DNA of 63,301 nt, the filler included. It is 12 parts of 12 records of this genome, joined end to end, with 100 filler letters (N's around TTAATTAATTAA, not from the genome) between each part and the next. Parts side by side here need not be neighbours in the genome. Positions count along the whole stretch, not along the records: positions 1 to 4,364 come from SRR7504441_10317; positions 4,465 to 9,270 come from SRR7504441_10319; positions 9,371 to 13,024 come from SRR7504441_10344; 9 more parts are not named here. One strand, 5' to 3'. The notes beneath the pieces were generated by a model. The model had not been told where the DNA came from. It worked only from the letters and a program-made list of their open reading frames with translations, and made no database searches. Positions 1 to 12,730 of the stretch are shown here, in pieces. Positions within the stretch are counted from its first letter, which is position 1. Each line of letters begins with the position of its first letter. Both the position numbers and the translations under genes were made by a program.

Positions 1-435
1 AGGGCCCCCTTACTATCGAAGAACACAACACCGGCCGGGCGATCCGACCGGGCTGGCCGCGTCGGAGGAGTCCGAGAGACCTCCCAGGTCCGGGGAGAAA
101 TGTTGCGCTCCACTCGCCATCCCGATGAACTGAGATCACACCCAGTTGACCACACCTTGTTAACAACCCCATGACACATAATTATGCTACATGTACTGCT
201 TTAGTACATCAGTCGCAATGTTTTATTAATTTAAGGATCCATGCACGAGTAATGCACGAGTAGATTAATTTTCATCATGTACTGTCCCAGGAGCACACGT
301 CAGGTAACTGGTTGCTTGCAAAGTTCTCGGCAATTGCGGTAGCCGTCAAGCTCGGTGTGAATAGTCGAGAGGTAGAGCACTATGCTCTGGGCAACTGCGA
401 CACCAAAAAGCTTAACCTGTCTTCTAGGGCCCACC

Positions 436-3400
436 CTAGGATGACTGAACTTGCCTGTATGGCTTTGGTCGGTCTGAGCGCCTTCGCTTGTTCTGGGCCG
501 AGCCATCCGTGTATTTCACTACCTTGTAGAGTATCACAGAGAGCACTGGGTTGTCTGTCCATGATGCACACCTGCCAGCGCACACACCGTCAGCCGACTC
601 TAGCAGCCTGCCTCACCCAGATGGCAGCTGATAGACGCCCAAGTACTGCAAGTCCATAGGGAGAGCGCAGAGAGGTTTGGGAAGGTCCTTGGCGACTATC
701 ACCATCGTCCCTTCTCGACACCTGCTAGCGTACTGAGCGGTGCTCACGCCTGATCGTACGTACCATGCGGATATCCGCTGGCTCACTTCGCAGTTGGTGT
801 TGTGCGTGAAAACGAAATTGTTGACAAAGATGCAGTCAGCGCGCTCGTAGTTTGACCTTTGCTGAGGATCCAGAAAGTCGGCACTGACAAACTCGAGCTG
901 CCAGCCAGCACGGGTCACTTACTACACAAAAGCTCGACACTTGCCTTAGATTCCACCGGGATTATGCAATGGTACTGCTGAAAGAGGTGCTTGCTGACCG
1001 CTTCTTTGCTCCAGCTGTTAGCAAACTGCGAACAGTATTCCGAGCTTTCAACTCCAAGCACATCCGCTCTGGTGAGCAGCGCCACTCTAAGTGCCACCTG
1101 TTCAGCGGGTTGGTCGAGCCATGTAAGCACACACGCCTGGCCTAGCCCGGACCCAAGATCCATGAAAAGCTTCCCTGGTCCAAGCTCGATCCCGACAACG
1201 TGCTGGAGCAGACAAAGCAGCTGGCAGGTGCCGTGCAGAGTGAGCTCGCCATACTGGTTGTCATCCATCCCTGCGAGCCCACCTCGGCCCAGCCGGGCAC
1301 AACTCGGCACCAACTGCCGAGTTTTTAGGCATCTCTTCCCAGACAATCTCGGGTCGGAGCGACTCAAGTACCACAGCCCTGAGGAACTCGGCATTCGCAA
1401 AGCATGGCATCGGCTGCTTCAGTTTCTCTTTTATGCAGCTGTCACAGTGCCAGTCCGCTACACCTGCTCCGGCCAGTCAGCTCACTGGCGAAGCCGGGCG
1501 TGCCTCGAGCCAGAGCCTCAATCTCCTGAGTTGAAATCCCCATGCAGCTTCCATGGAACCCTACCAGCGCTCGGGCAACAACAGGGCAAGCTCCACACCT
1601 TTATTGCAGATGTCACAGAGTAACATGTCTTCCGGATCCTCCTGAAATTCACCAGTTTCAGTCCATCTCAGGTCTGAGCTGTGCCTTGGAGCCGCAGTAG
1701 AGGCACTGCTGGTCGCGGATCGATAAATCAGCAAGGAAGCGCTCATCCTCTTCCTCATACGGGTTGCAGCCTCGTCGCTCCTGTGATTCCATCCTCAGGC
1801 CAGAAGAGTATACCCAGTCGCCTGATAAGTTCCAGGCAAGCTTCCTGCCATCGAGCGCATCGCTTCCAGCAGCGGACTTGAGCGCATCTTGTGGCCTGTG
1901 TCACAGTCTTAGCAGCCGAATACACCAGCCGGCACTTGGCGGCGCATTCTGACAGTCAATGAGCCAGACCAGGCAGCCAATGTATCGATTGAAGAAATTG
2001 CGGTCGAACCGGATCGGCTGCTTAGTCTCGGCGTACCGCTCCTGCACGTCTCCCTGCATGCGTGCTCAGCAGGCTATGGCCGGCCTTGTGAACCCGGCAC
2101 ACTTCTCTGATTGCAAAGTCTGAGTCAGAGGCTGGGTTGCCCGTCATGTAGCTCCGGGCTACTTGGGCCGCGCTCAGCTGCACCTGGAGCAGCTGGTGCA
2201 GCTTGGAATACCTCTTGCTCGGCTCGCCCAGTCGGTACCGCAGGAATTTAGTCTCAAGCCATATCACTGGGCCGGCCGAGATCCTGTCCTCCTCATCATC
2301 CGAGCTTGTATCAGTCTGCATAGGCCCCCAGTACACACCCCAGGCTTGAACCTGGCTTCGCTCACGCCGCCAGGACTGGCCAATACCTCCGTTAGCCGGG
2401 TGTACAGCCTCTTGCGACCAGTCTGCAGCCAGCCAACAGCACACAGAGTGGCAAAGCTATTGATATGACTGCGCCCAAATGGTCAAATTTACCAACTATC
2501 ATTCGAAGCAGGGCCAGAGACCTGGCCGCTGCGATCTGGAGCTCGCCGCAATAGGCCCGGAGGAGCACAGCCGGACACTCGGAGAACTTTTCAAAGATCG
2601 TAAAATCTTCAAGCACTGCCCAGTCGCTCAGACTAGTTTTGCGTCCAATCAGCTCAGTTGTCCCCCGTTGTGTTTTAGCCTGTGAGCGGTACGCGTGCTG
2701 ACACACGCTCAAAACTGCCTGGGCTTTGAAATCAGCAAAGGCTTGGCTTGACACACTGCTAATAATAGGGAAACCTGCTGTGCTCTGTGCTCTGGGAGTT
2801 GCTGCACAATCGCCAGCTCATCGTTTGTATTCCTCGCAAACTCCACCCGGCGCTCGAATTCGGCCACTAGCCCTTCGGGCAGCTGGATCCAGTCACCAGC
2901 GAGCCGCTTGGCGGGCACCTCTGGCTCTGGTAGCCACTCTGCTTGCCAGCACTGCTGGCTCAACTGGGTCAGAAACTCGCGACAGCCTGCCAGCCGCCTG
3001 ACCCCTGTGCCCGGCCAGCGCGCACCATTGCCGCCCGGCCGCACATCGAGCACCAGTTCGGGCCGGCCGAGACTGGCAGCGCCGGTTGGGATCAGCCGGT
3101 ACAGGTACGGCAGTGTGCTCAGCTGCCAGGGCGCTCAGCCCAAGTGCGGGCAGGCTCACCTCAGTGCGGGCCGGTGACCAGCGTTTGGTCACTTTGTAGT
3201 CGAGCAGCTGTTGCAGCTGAACCACCCCCGGCGGCCGGAGCATCTGGGCCGGGTATCCGACTGTGCGAGGCGGCTGATACTTGGACACCCACTGTGCCGC
3301 CCTCACCACGGGTGCCTTGGAGCTGGACAGCCGATCCAGAGGCCCAGCCGGTGGCTCGTGGCTGTCCGTGTTCCCCAGGCTCGGTTCGCCCCCCGGTTTG

Positions 3401-4280
3401 CTTGACAGCCGCCGATCACCCACCTGCCACAAATCGCCCGGTCGGAGCAGCGGGGGCGCCTGCTCGGAACAGCTGGTGGCTAGCGCCGGGGAGTCGCGCT
3501 CGCAATCCCACCGGTGAAGCAGATCCCGTAGCGCCGACTCGCACCTGTCCCCGCCTTCGCCCCTGGCCAAGCGGCCTATGACCAGCCGATGGCCGTCTGC
3601 TCGAGGTGTTTGGAGAGGCTGTGTATCTGCTCCACGCTGTCCAGTGCCCAAGCCTGCCCTGGGCGGCCCGCGCGGAAGACCTGGTGCCCGATACAATCCC
3701 AGCCGTCCAGCTGCCGGATCAGCAGCGCAAATAGGTCTGGGAAACATTCCGTCTCGTATTGGGTAGTCAGGTCGGCAGGCCGCCGCCTGCCGGGCCAGGC
3801 CTCCTTGTACTGCTGCGCGAACTCCTCCAGAGCCCGCAGCCAATCATGCCCCTCGCTCCTGCTCGCCGATCGGTCGGGGACCCGACGCCGCTTGGCCGGT
3901 TTGGTGGGCGGAGGTGGCTCGGTCCGCCGGGCTATTCGGCCGATGGGCGGGGCGCGGCTCCGGCAGGAGGAGGGCTGGGAGGGCGGGTCTGGGCCGTCTG
4001 CGGGGATGGCATGCAGGATTGGCGCCACCAGCTGGGCCACCTCGGTCGGGGGCAGCTGGGCTGGCAGGTTGAATTCGCCGGCCAGCTGTCTGGCCCGCTC
4101 GGGCGACAAGTCGCCGTGCGAGAGCCGGGCGGAAACCTCGCGCACCACTACAGCCTCCTGGCACCATTCCGGAAGCACTGCCCGGTGTGTGACCGAGAGC
4201 TGGAGCACAGAGTCATTCCGGACCGACAGGTCGGGGTCGCTGTCCAGCTGGCCAGCTCCAGGACAGGCGCTCATGGCCAT
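436..4280 (-). CDS. Multi-exon DOT1-like (H3K79-type) SAM methyltransferase with upstream RFTS/RFD domain and PHD finger
   Basis: Manual splicing gives an RFTS-like region (VLEDFTIF...WGVYWG...IWLETKFLRYRLGEPSKRY) and a complete C4HC3 PHD (CLYC...LLCDICNKGFHGSC...WHCDSC). DOT1 motifs follow: QYGELT, FMDLGSGLGQV, GVE, ADFLD, IFVNNFVF, ASWTDNP. Introns traced include 898-944, 1098-1136, 1464-1503, 1561-1598, 1642-1684 and 1781-1821. Exons above about 2750 and the start codon are less certain. Confidence 0.75.
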
Positions 4281-4364
4281 GACGTTAGGAGGCCGTTGTA
4301 GCAAACGAGCTTTTGGCCCATCTACAGCGGCCGTAGATCTACAAAATAAAAAGATCGGAAGAGC

Positions 4365-4464
4365 NNNNNNNNNNNNNNNNNNNNNNNNNNNNNNNNNNNN
4401 NNNNNNNNTTAATTAATTAANNNNNNNNNNNNNNNNNNNNNNNNNNNNNNNNNNNNNNNNNNNN
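4365..4464. other. Artificial contig-joining linker (N44-TTAATTAATTAA-N44); the same linker recurs at about 9271, 13025, 16312, 22415, 28236, 33372, 37488, 41332, 47042 and 58824
   Basis: Identical 100-nt N-padded cassette with stop codons in all six frames, present 11 times; genes are truncated at it. Confidence 0.98.
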
Positions 4465-7400
4465 TTCTCGTTACTGGTAGAACGGGTCTCTGCGACGCAC
4501 ATACAGACAGTGCAAGGGTTTGAAGACTTGAAGAGCCTCGTGCTGCGGATCATGGCAGAGTCGACTGCTGGCCCAAACATGGATATATTCTGGCAGATGG
4601 CGCTGGACTCAGACCATCCGTTGGCCTCGAGGAGCTCAGACTTCCTCATTGATCATGCCTGCACTTCCGGCGTGCCGCTCCCCACCATTTATGACAAGCT
4701 CTGTTCAGAGCTTAGCCACCGATCAAAGACCCAGCTTGTGAGCATACTGACCGGCATTGTCGGTAACCTCCAAGAGCAGACACAGAAGTCCGAGCATGGT
4801 AAAGCGAGCCGCGGCGATCCTTTGGAGATCACTGTCAAGACAAAGCTGTGGCAAGTGACTAACGATCCAGATCCGGAGGTGCAGTGGAAAGAGGGATGGA
4901 AGCCCTATCCTACGCTGCGTGTCCCCACCCACACCAACGCCACAGTTCAGAGTTTCACAGACTATGTGCTTACTTCTCTTGGACTAGGCCCTTCGGAGAG
5001 CTTCAGCTCGACGATGCAGTTTCCAGATGGCAACAGTGGCATTAAGCCTTTGAAACCAGGCATGACTCTAGATCAAGCGGGCTTCTCGACGTCCAGCGCC
5101 GCTATCCACGTCGAAGTCTTTCCTCGCACGATCAAGCAAGAAGGGGACCCAGCGACAGACATGATCGTGGCACTCTCACAGGAGGTCAAGCTGTACGAAT
5201 CAATATTCTCGGTGCTAGCCGGGGTCTGTTCAGACGCGGCCTGGAGCCAAGACACAGAGGCTTGCCAACTTGTTGAGGCTGGGTGGGCGCTGCTCCAGAT
5301 AATGCCGAGTGCTGAGTGTTACCTGTGCATTGACTCGGTGGAGGACTGGAGCCACGTGCTCGACTACTCTAGGGATGGATGGAAGACCATCTACACCATG
5401 CAGCGCATTGCCAATAAGCTCTGCCCAACCGATGCTAGCGACACCACCACTTGGCGCCGGAGTTTCCTGCACAGTGGCGGCTTTGGTGTGATCTGCCAAA
5501 TGCTAAACACGCTTTCGATGGACGGCGACCAGCTGCTGCCCAAGCTCGGGATTCTACCATGCCTTCGGGTCTTGGCCCATTGCGTTGACGCGGCGTCTGA
5601 TTCCGGAGTGCTAAGTCGTCGGCTTAGTTCGGCCTCCTCCGAGATGGTTCTTGATACGATCACAGCCGATCACGAGAAGCTGATTCAAAGCCTCATCGGC
5701 TTTGTCCAGCAGGACGCTAGCTCCGCAGTCCAGGCTACCGCCATCACAGCCCTGCTGTCAGTCACTGTACATTCAGAGCAAGACGGTGGCTCCCAGGAGG
5801 TGCTGTTGAATCGCGTCTTGCAAGGCGCTGTGTGGCAAACCGTGCTAGTCTCTGAGCACCGCGCTGTTCGTCAGGCAACCATGCAGCTGCTGAACCACCA
5901 CTCGGCTGCAGGTGGGGTGGTCCAGCTTGCGATGGGAGCTGTTCGGGCTGCGGTCCGCAATGGAGCAGTTCACTTGTGCTCAGAGGCGTTGAACGTTCTT
6001 CACGAGGCCCTGACTGCCACAAGAGTCTCGGCAGAAGAGCTGGGAGAGCTTTTGAGCTGGGCGGTTGGTGTCGCGAATGAGGAGCAGACGCCACTCGATT
6101 CGGCCTGGTTCGAGCTCTTACAGGCGTTGGTTATCCAGTCACCAGCCTCGCCGCGGCAAAGCCATGTGGAAACGTCGATTGATCTCACTCGTTGCACTGG
6201 CTCCACCGAATTCCTGCAGCAAGCGCTGTCCCCCACCAGCAGCGCCGTGTCACCAGAGCAGGTTCTTGACTTGACCTGGTCTCAGCTGTACGAATGTGGC
6301 TTCCTGCTTTCGGCCCCTGATTCCGCAGCAGCTACCTCGACCTTGATGGCATGTTCGGCTCAGTCGCCCAGCTTGGCCCGAAAGCTGCTCCAAAAGCTGC
6401 AAGCATTGCATGAAGCCGCCATCGCCTCGATCGGTGAACCATCCTGGGAAATGGCAGACCCTTCTGCGACCGGGGGTGGTGCAAAGCCGCGCGGGCTGGT
6501 CAACCAGGCAAATACATGCTATCAGAATTCAGTCTTGCAGCAGCTATACATGAACCCTGCGCTGTGCAACGGACTGCTCGAGCTCCAGCTCCCCTCTGAA
6601 TCCCATCCTGATATTGCTAAGATGCTGTCTCAGCTTCAGACCACTCTGCGCGCTCTTCAGAGTCGAGGCGACCGGGCGTACGACCCAAAGGCATTTGTCC
6701 AGGCGTGTGTGGGTGTCTTCTCTTTCTCGGTGTGGGCGCAGCAAGATGCGTCAGACTTTTTGAAGCAGATCATGTCGCGGGTTGAGCTTGCGGTCGGTGA
6801 ATCCAACTCGCCATTCCACGCGCTGTGTTGCATGAAAACGCAGTGGGAGTGTACAGCTCGGGACAAGCACATGGCCCCTGTCTGCAAGCTGGAAGAGATG
6901 CCGGCCGGCTCACCTCTCGATGGGTCGCCGAGCCTGTTAGGCCTTCAGGATAACAAAACTGGCGAGGTGTTGCCAGACCTTGACACCGTGTTCAGCAACG
7001 CCGTCATGCACGACCATGCATCGATGGAATGGGAGCTCAGCGAGAAAGCGATGCTCGTAACAGAAAAGCGTCAGGTCATCACCTCTGCGCCGACCGTGCT
7101 GCTGCTGCAACTAGCTCGAGTGGGCTTCGGACCCAAGGTGAGAGACAAGGTGAGGTTTGGTCACACTCTCGACTTGACCCAATATTTATCATCAGCTCAG
7201 CGGAAGCGAGGAGAGCGAGCCGTGTACCAGCTCTCGGGGGTTGTGGTCCACGAAGGTGAGTCGGCTACGTATGGACACTATTTCAGCTACGCACGTGACC
7301 GTCAGACTGGGTTGTGGCATCAGCTAAACGACATGGCGGTGTGCACCGAGGATTTGAACGACGTGACCAATCTGGAACGGCGCTGCTGGGGGGGGAAGAT

Positions 7401-9229
7401 GACAACACGCGTAAACGACCCTTTTAGCGGGAGGGTGCTGTGGCAAGAAAACTCGTGTGGTACTGGCTACATGCTGTTTTACGACAGGGTCGGGCTGCGG
7501 TCATCGGCTACTGCATGTGCCAGTGCCAGTGAGTTGCAGCTGGTGACACAAGCCTGGCATTTGCGGCTCGTTTCTTCGCTAATGACTTCCTTGCAAGACG
7601 AAAAAGACAGCCCGACAAGGCGAGCGGTATTCGAGCTCGCTGCATTGTTATTCTTCAGACTGCTTCTCCATGTCGACGTGAACGAGGGAAGAATCAAGGG
7701 CGCCACTCAGGTTTGGTCCGAGCAGCTCGGCTTGCTCTTATCAAATGGAGACCTTGGCGAGACAAAGTGGAAAGATGAGATCCTGGGCGCCATTCTGGAC
7801 TGCCCTCGCATGTGGGGTAAGGAGTGCGTCTACAGGCTACTGTTGAGTCACGCCTCGTCTGGCCGCGAGCCGGCAGAAGCTGTGCTGTCGTTGCCTGAGT
7901 CGTTATTCGAGACGAGGCCGGAGCTTAAGATTCCACCCAGCGTCTCTGCTGCTCTCAAGCTCCTGGCTGGGCGCACTGAAGGGCAGCAGGCGGCCGCAGC
8001 ACTAGCAGAGTCGATCGGGCCAGGCAAACACCCGAATGTGATAGCGCCGATGCACGTTCTTCAAGCGCTGAGTAAGCACCCTCAATGGCAGCTCTTGATT
8101 GAGACTGTTCTGATCGGACTGCTCCCGAAGGAAACGCCCGGAAATTCCCTGTCACTCCACGGCGCTTCGTATCTTGCATCCGTAAGATCGAAGGACCACC
8201 CAGATCGGGTGGCGCTCTTGCTTGAACTTGCCTCCGCATTCCCTGACATAGTACAACCCTGGCTGAAAGATCGGTCTTCAGCTGGGAAGCTTGATTGGAT
8301 CCAAGTAGTCACCACAGAAAGCGCAGAGAGGCTCATAGCATTAGTGGCTGGAGGCGAGGCGCCGATCTTGCACCGAATCTACGAGGACATGAAGCGTCTG
8401 GGCGGCTCGCTCTATTCGCGCAAGTGGTGCGAACTGGCAATCAAGCAGGGCGGCTGCACGACCGCAGCAGCTGCGCTCGCGTGGATACGAGAGCACCAGG
8501 CGGTGAGGCTTTAGAGCGCGTGGGGTTGTGCGTGTGATTAACTGCGCAGGAGCTTTGTGCCTCCGCCACGCCTCAAGGGGCGTCCGCTGAGGACCCAGCT
8601 AGCGAGCCGGAGCTCGAAAGAGCGTTCTCACTCGACACCGCCCAGCGTGTGCGGCAACAGGTCTATCAGACTGCTCTCTAGTTAGTGCGTTGTGACCCAA
8701 ATTGCGCAGATGCTTGATGAGAAGCTCTTCGATCTTTCCAAGTCTGGCGACGCGAATCTGGAAGAGATAGAGAGTCTGATCAAAGAAGGTGCGAATCTAG
8801 AGTCGAAGCACAAGCAGGGCAACAGCCAAAGGTCTGGCTCTCGGCTATCCTGGCCCTGATAGTGTGTGCAGAACCTCGCTGCACATGGCTGTGCGCAACA
8901 ACCAGCCCAAGACGGTCCGGCTCCTGCTCAGCTCAGGGGCAGCTCCGTCTCCTTCTGCAGATACGTCGGACGGCTCCTCATATGGCTGGACCCCTATGCA
9001 CAACGCGGTCAACTACCATGGCACCTCGGGTGACGGGGCGCAAGGGATGCGCCGGGGCGGGGATGATATGACCGAGATAGTCTATTTATTGATCGAAGCC
9101 CGGGCGGATTTGTCTGTCAAAATCTCCGGAACTACAACACGAGGCTACTGGATGGGGTTCACACCGTTGGATGCGGCAAACTCTCACAACAAATTCGACC
9201 TAGCTGATATTATCAAGATTTATATGTAA
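4465..9229 (+). CDS. Ubiquitin-specific protease (USP9/24/34-like, peptidase C19) with C-terminal UBA-like and ankyrin repeats; 5' partial
   Basis: Cys box GLVNQANTCYQNSVLQQLY, QQDASDF, His box YQLSGVVVHEG...GHYFSY and WHQLND. Introns 8503-8549, 8661-8709 and 8832-8871 join it in frame to ankyrin repeats (TSLHMAV, WTPMHNAV, FTPLDAA). Confidence 0.85.
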
Positions 9230-9370
9230 AACGTGCACGGGCTTATTAATTAAATCTCGTTGTGATTAGTNNNNNNNNNNNNNNNNNNNNNNNNNNNNNN
9301 NNNNNNNNNNNNNNTTAATTAATTAANNNNNNNNNNNNNNNNNNNNNNNNNNNNNNNNNNNNNNNNNNNN

Positions 9371-11091
9371 CGGGCCGGAGGAGGCCCCGGGTGAGGTCGG
9401 GGTGGCCGGGACAGTAATGCTGCTACTCAAGTGCTTCCTGGGTACCGGGGTGCTGTTCCTGCCGGACGGGTTCCAGAAGGCTGGGATCGTCCCGGCCGGG
9501 CTTTTGCTGCTCGGGACGGGGCTGCTGGCCACCTACTGCATGCTGCTGCTGCTGGAGACCAAGACGCAGCTCAAGCGCCAGCGGGGGGTGCGCCACACGC
9601 AACTAATTTAATTCATGCTGTCATGCCCATTCTGGCCGTAATAATCACGGGTGCCGAAAGGGGTCATAAGGTCATAAACCGTCGGTTGCAGGTGTCTGCC
9701 CAGAGTTATTCGGAAATAGCCGAGCTCGCTTGGGGCAAGACAGGGAAACGGCTGGTGGACACTGCGATCATCGGATCTCAGACCGGCTTCTGCGCAGTCT
9801 ACTGCTCGTTCGTCGGCTCCAACATGTCTAAGGTGTACGCGTTCGGGCTGGACGAGCAGTCGTGGGCGGCGCACGTTATTTGGATGACGGTGGCTCAAGC
9901 TTTCTTTATGATGCTGGTGTGGATCAGGAAACTCTCGTTGTTTGCCGTCACCAACACAATCTCGGTGCGTGCCGAGATCATAATCGTTTTGATTTATTTA
10001 TTCTCAGCTGAACATCATCTTCGGCTCCGTGATTCTGATCTTTGTCTGCGCTGGATACATGATAGCCACTGAAGGCGCGGCTTCGAGCGCCCGGTGGGGA
10101 GTGAATAAGGATATCCTCACCTTCTTCGGGACAGCGGTCCGGCTTGTTGGTTGCGTGCTCTGATCTTGAGCTTTATTAGGTGTTTACTTACGAAGGGATC
10201 GCTCTTGTGCTCCCGATTGAAAGGGAAATGAAGGACCGAACTCAGGCACCGCTACTATATTACTATACTAGTTATATAGTAGTATACTACTTGTGCTCCC
10301 AATAGAAAGCGAAATGAAGGACCGAACTCAGGCAGCCCGACTGGCCGCTCATCATGGGCGCTCAGGTCAAGCCTGTGGTGGTTGGCTCGATGGCCGTGCT
10401 GGTGGGCATGTTCGTCATGCTCGGGGCGCTGTCGTACTTGGCATATGGCGACAACACCAAGGTGATTGTGCTCCAAAACATCCAGACCCTCTCGGACAAG
10501 CCTGCCTGGTCCGCCTTTGAGAAGACTGTGCTCGCCGGCTACTGCCTGGCTATCATCTTCACCTATCCGCTACAGCTGGTGCCCGTTGGTCGGATATCAG
10601 AACGCAAGCTCTTTCCACCTCGCGAGATAGATGACGCCGAGCAGCAGTGCTGCACGCGCAAGTGGCAGAAGAATGCCTGGCGGTGCGAGAACGGCCGGGT
10701 GCGGGCTTAGCCGGTGGGCAGTTCGTGTATTACGTTTATCATTTACTTTGTGGCGGTGGCAACCGCCAACCAACTCGATAACCTGGTGCTCTCGCCCAGC
10801 CTTTAAGCGCTCAGCATCAGGCGCAGGTTTCGATCATCGGGGCCGTCGCTTGCGTGCCGCTGGCGTGAGTGGGTCCTGACTGCGATTTTTGATTGGGATG
10901 TCAGGTATATTTTCCCGGCGCTCTTCCATCACATGGTGTGATCTTGCACTAGGCGCTTAGTGAGCCCGGGAATGCAGGTTGTGGGGCCATCAGTGATAGA
11001 CAAAGCGATTATCATATTCGGTTGCGTTGGATCCCTCGTGTCTTTGATAGCTTCAGTCGCCGCGTGGGCAAATGCCCCGATTCAAGTGTGA
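9371..11091 (+). CDS. Amino acid transporter, AAAP/SLC36-like; 5' partial, about 8 introns
   Basis: LLKCFLGTGVLFLP, SQTGFCAVY, FTYEGIALVLPIE.EMK, FTYPLQL and PLAYIFPALFH motifs after splicing. Confidence 0.9.
10204..10334 (+). repeat. 45-bp direct duplication of an exon end plus GC donor, separated by a 41-bp AT-rich hairpin-like spacer
   Basis: 10204-10248 and 10290-10334 differ at 3 of 45 positions. The spacer contains the inverted repeat CTACTATAT...ATATAGTAG. Confidence 0.9.
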
Positions 11092-11204
11092 CGCCTACCG
11101 TACTACGTAAGCTTAGAAGCACCACGAAGCACGAGCAGCCCGGAGCAACAAATAAACCTTATACAAATAACAAATTTCAAAAATCCACCATCCAATCCCA
11201 AGTG

Positions 11205-12730
11205 CTATAATGTGTACGTGTATATCTCGTCGTCGTCACTATCGGGTTGCCCTAGAGCCGCAAAAGCCGAATTGAGCTGAATAAGCTTGATCGGCTCAGG
11301 TTCGTCCTCGTCCGGCGCCGGCATCATCGCGTCTTGTGCCTTGCGCTCCTTTTCTAGCTGCTTCGACATCGCCTTGATCTCATCCGGCTCGTGCTCCCAT
11401 AACGGCGCTTTCCGCGCCTCGGCCGCCTCCTCAGCCCGTTTGAGCTCCGCAGCACGCTTCTTGGCCTCAGCTTCTTCTCGAGCTTTCTCTCCCTTTTCTG
11501 TGATAAATAGGGTGTCGTCGAAGCCTGATGTCAAGTACAGCCCCATTTGGGCGTACTTGCGCTTCATCGCCTTATCTTCATCCCGCCGCCCTTTCTGCAC
11601 TCTCGCTATTTGATTCTGAATCGCGGCGTCCTCGGCCGGCTTGTCCAACGGGTTAATCTGCAGCGCCTAGCGCGCCAGTGAGCCCCCAGCTCGGTCCGGC
11701 CTGACCTTGTTGAGTGCGGACTCTGCCTCGTCCCAAGCAGTGCAGGCTGCCAGTGCGGCGCCCTTCCGGTAGTAAGCCTTGGCGAGGTCGGCATCCTCTA
11801 ACTCCCACAGCGCGCCCCTGATCTCCCTGAGCTCTATGACCTTATCGCAGCAAGCGATACAGTGGCTCCACACGTTCCCCTTGAGGCAAGCCAGCCCCAG
11901 ATTCAAATTGATTGCGGCAGTGATTTTAAGCACCTGCCGCCTTTCTGTTTGCCAGCCGCTCCCAAAGTCTCTCACCTCAGCTGCCTGGGTCTCTGTCATG
12001 GTCTTCAGATCGAAGAACAGCAGATGGTTGGTCGCGCACGTCCAGTGCTTGGCCGCATCCTGACACTGTCTCCACACCGGCCAGGGCTGCCTCACCCTGT
12101 ATTCTTGCGCCTTGAACGCCTCTGCCCCGCGCTGCTTCTCTTCTTCACACATACGCATTCGCTTGTAATAGCTGCACCCTTGCGTCTCCAGCACCATCCC
12201 CTCCTCTTTCTTCATCCGCTGACCCTCCCCGCTCTGGCGCGCCCAGGCCGTGCCGCACGTCCTCTCTCCGCTTCGCCCGCTCGCTAATCTTTTGATCTCT
12301 CCGCTCGTGGTTCAGGTCCGCCTCCTGCTGGGCCAGCTGCCCGTTCACCTGCCCCCGGCCCTCAAGACTGTCCGTTGGCCGGGCCGCGCCCTGGCCGTGT
12401 AGAGCTCTTGAAGACGATGTTCCAGCAGCTGCTGCTGGGCCAGAACCTCTTCGAAACTGGCCTCGGCCGCCTGCGCGGGGTGAGTGGCTGCGCATTCTGG
12501 GGCCAGTCGGGCCTGCTCGTCGAGCCACTCCTCGGCCTGGTCGATCAGCTTGTCGACGAGAAATGGAGGCAGATCAGTCTTGCTGTGCAGCCGCTTCACC
12601 GTGGTCGTCAGGCACTGCAGCGCCGCCTGCCGCTGGCCCCAACGGTGAGCGGCCGTTCCCGTAGGGCACGCGGTGCCTTGTCCCCTTTGCTGCCGGACTT
12701 GCCGCCAGTTTTTTTAGCTACGAACGGCAT
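11205..12730 (-). CDS. TPR-repeat protein (FKBP/cyclophilin-type TPR co-chaperone-like), multi-exon
   Basis: KQRGAEAFKAQEY, NLNLGLACLK...CDKVIE and KAYYRKGAALAA TPR motifs. First intron is GC-AG, 12633-12676. Confidence 0.7.
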
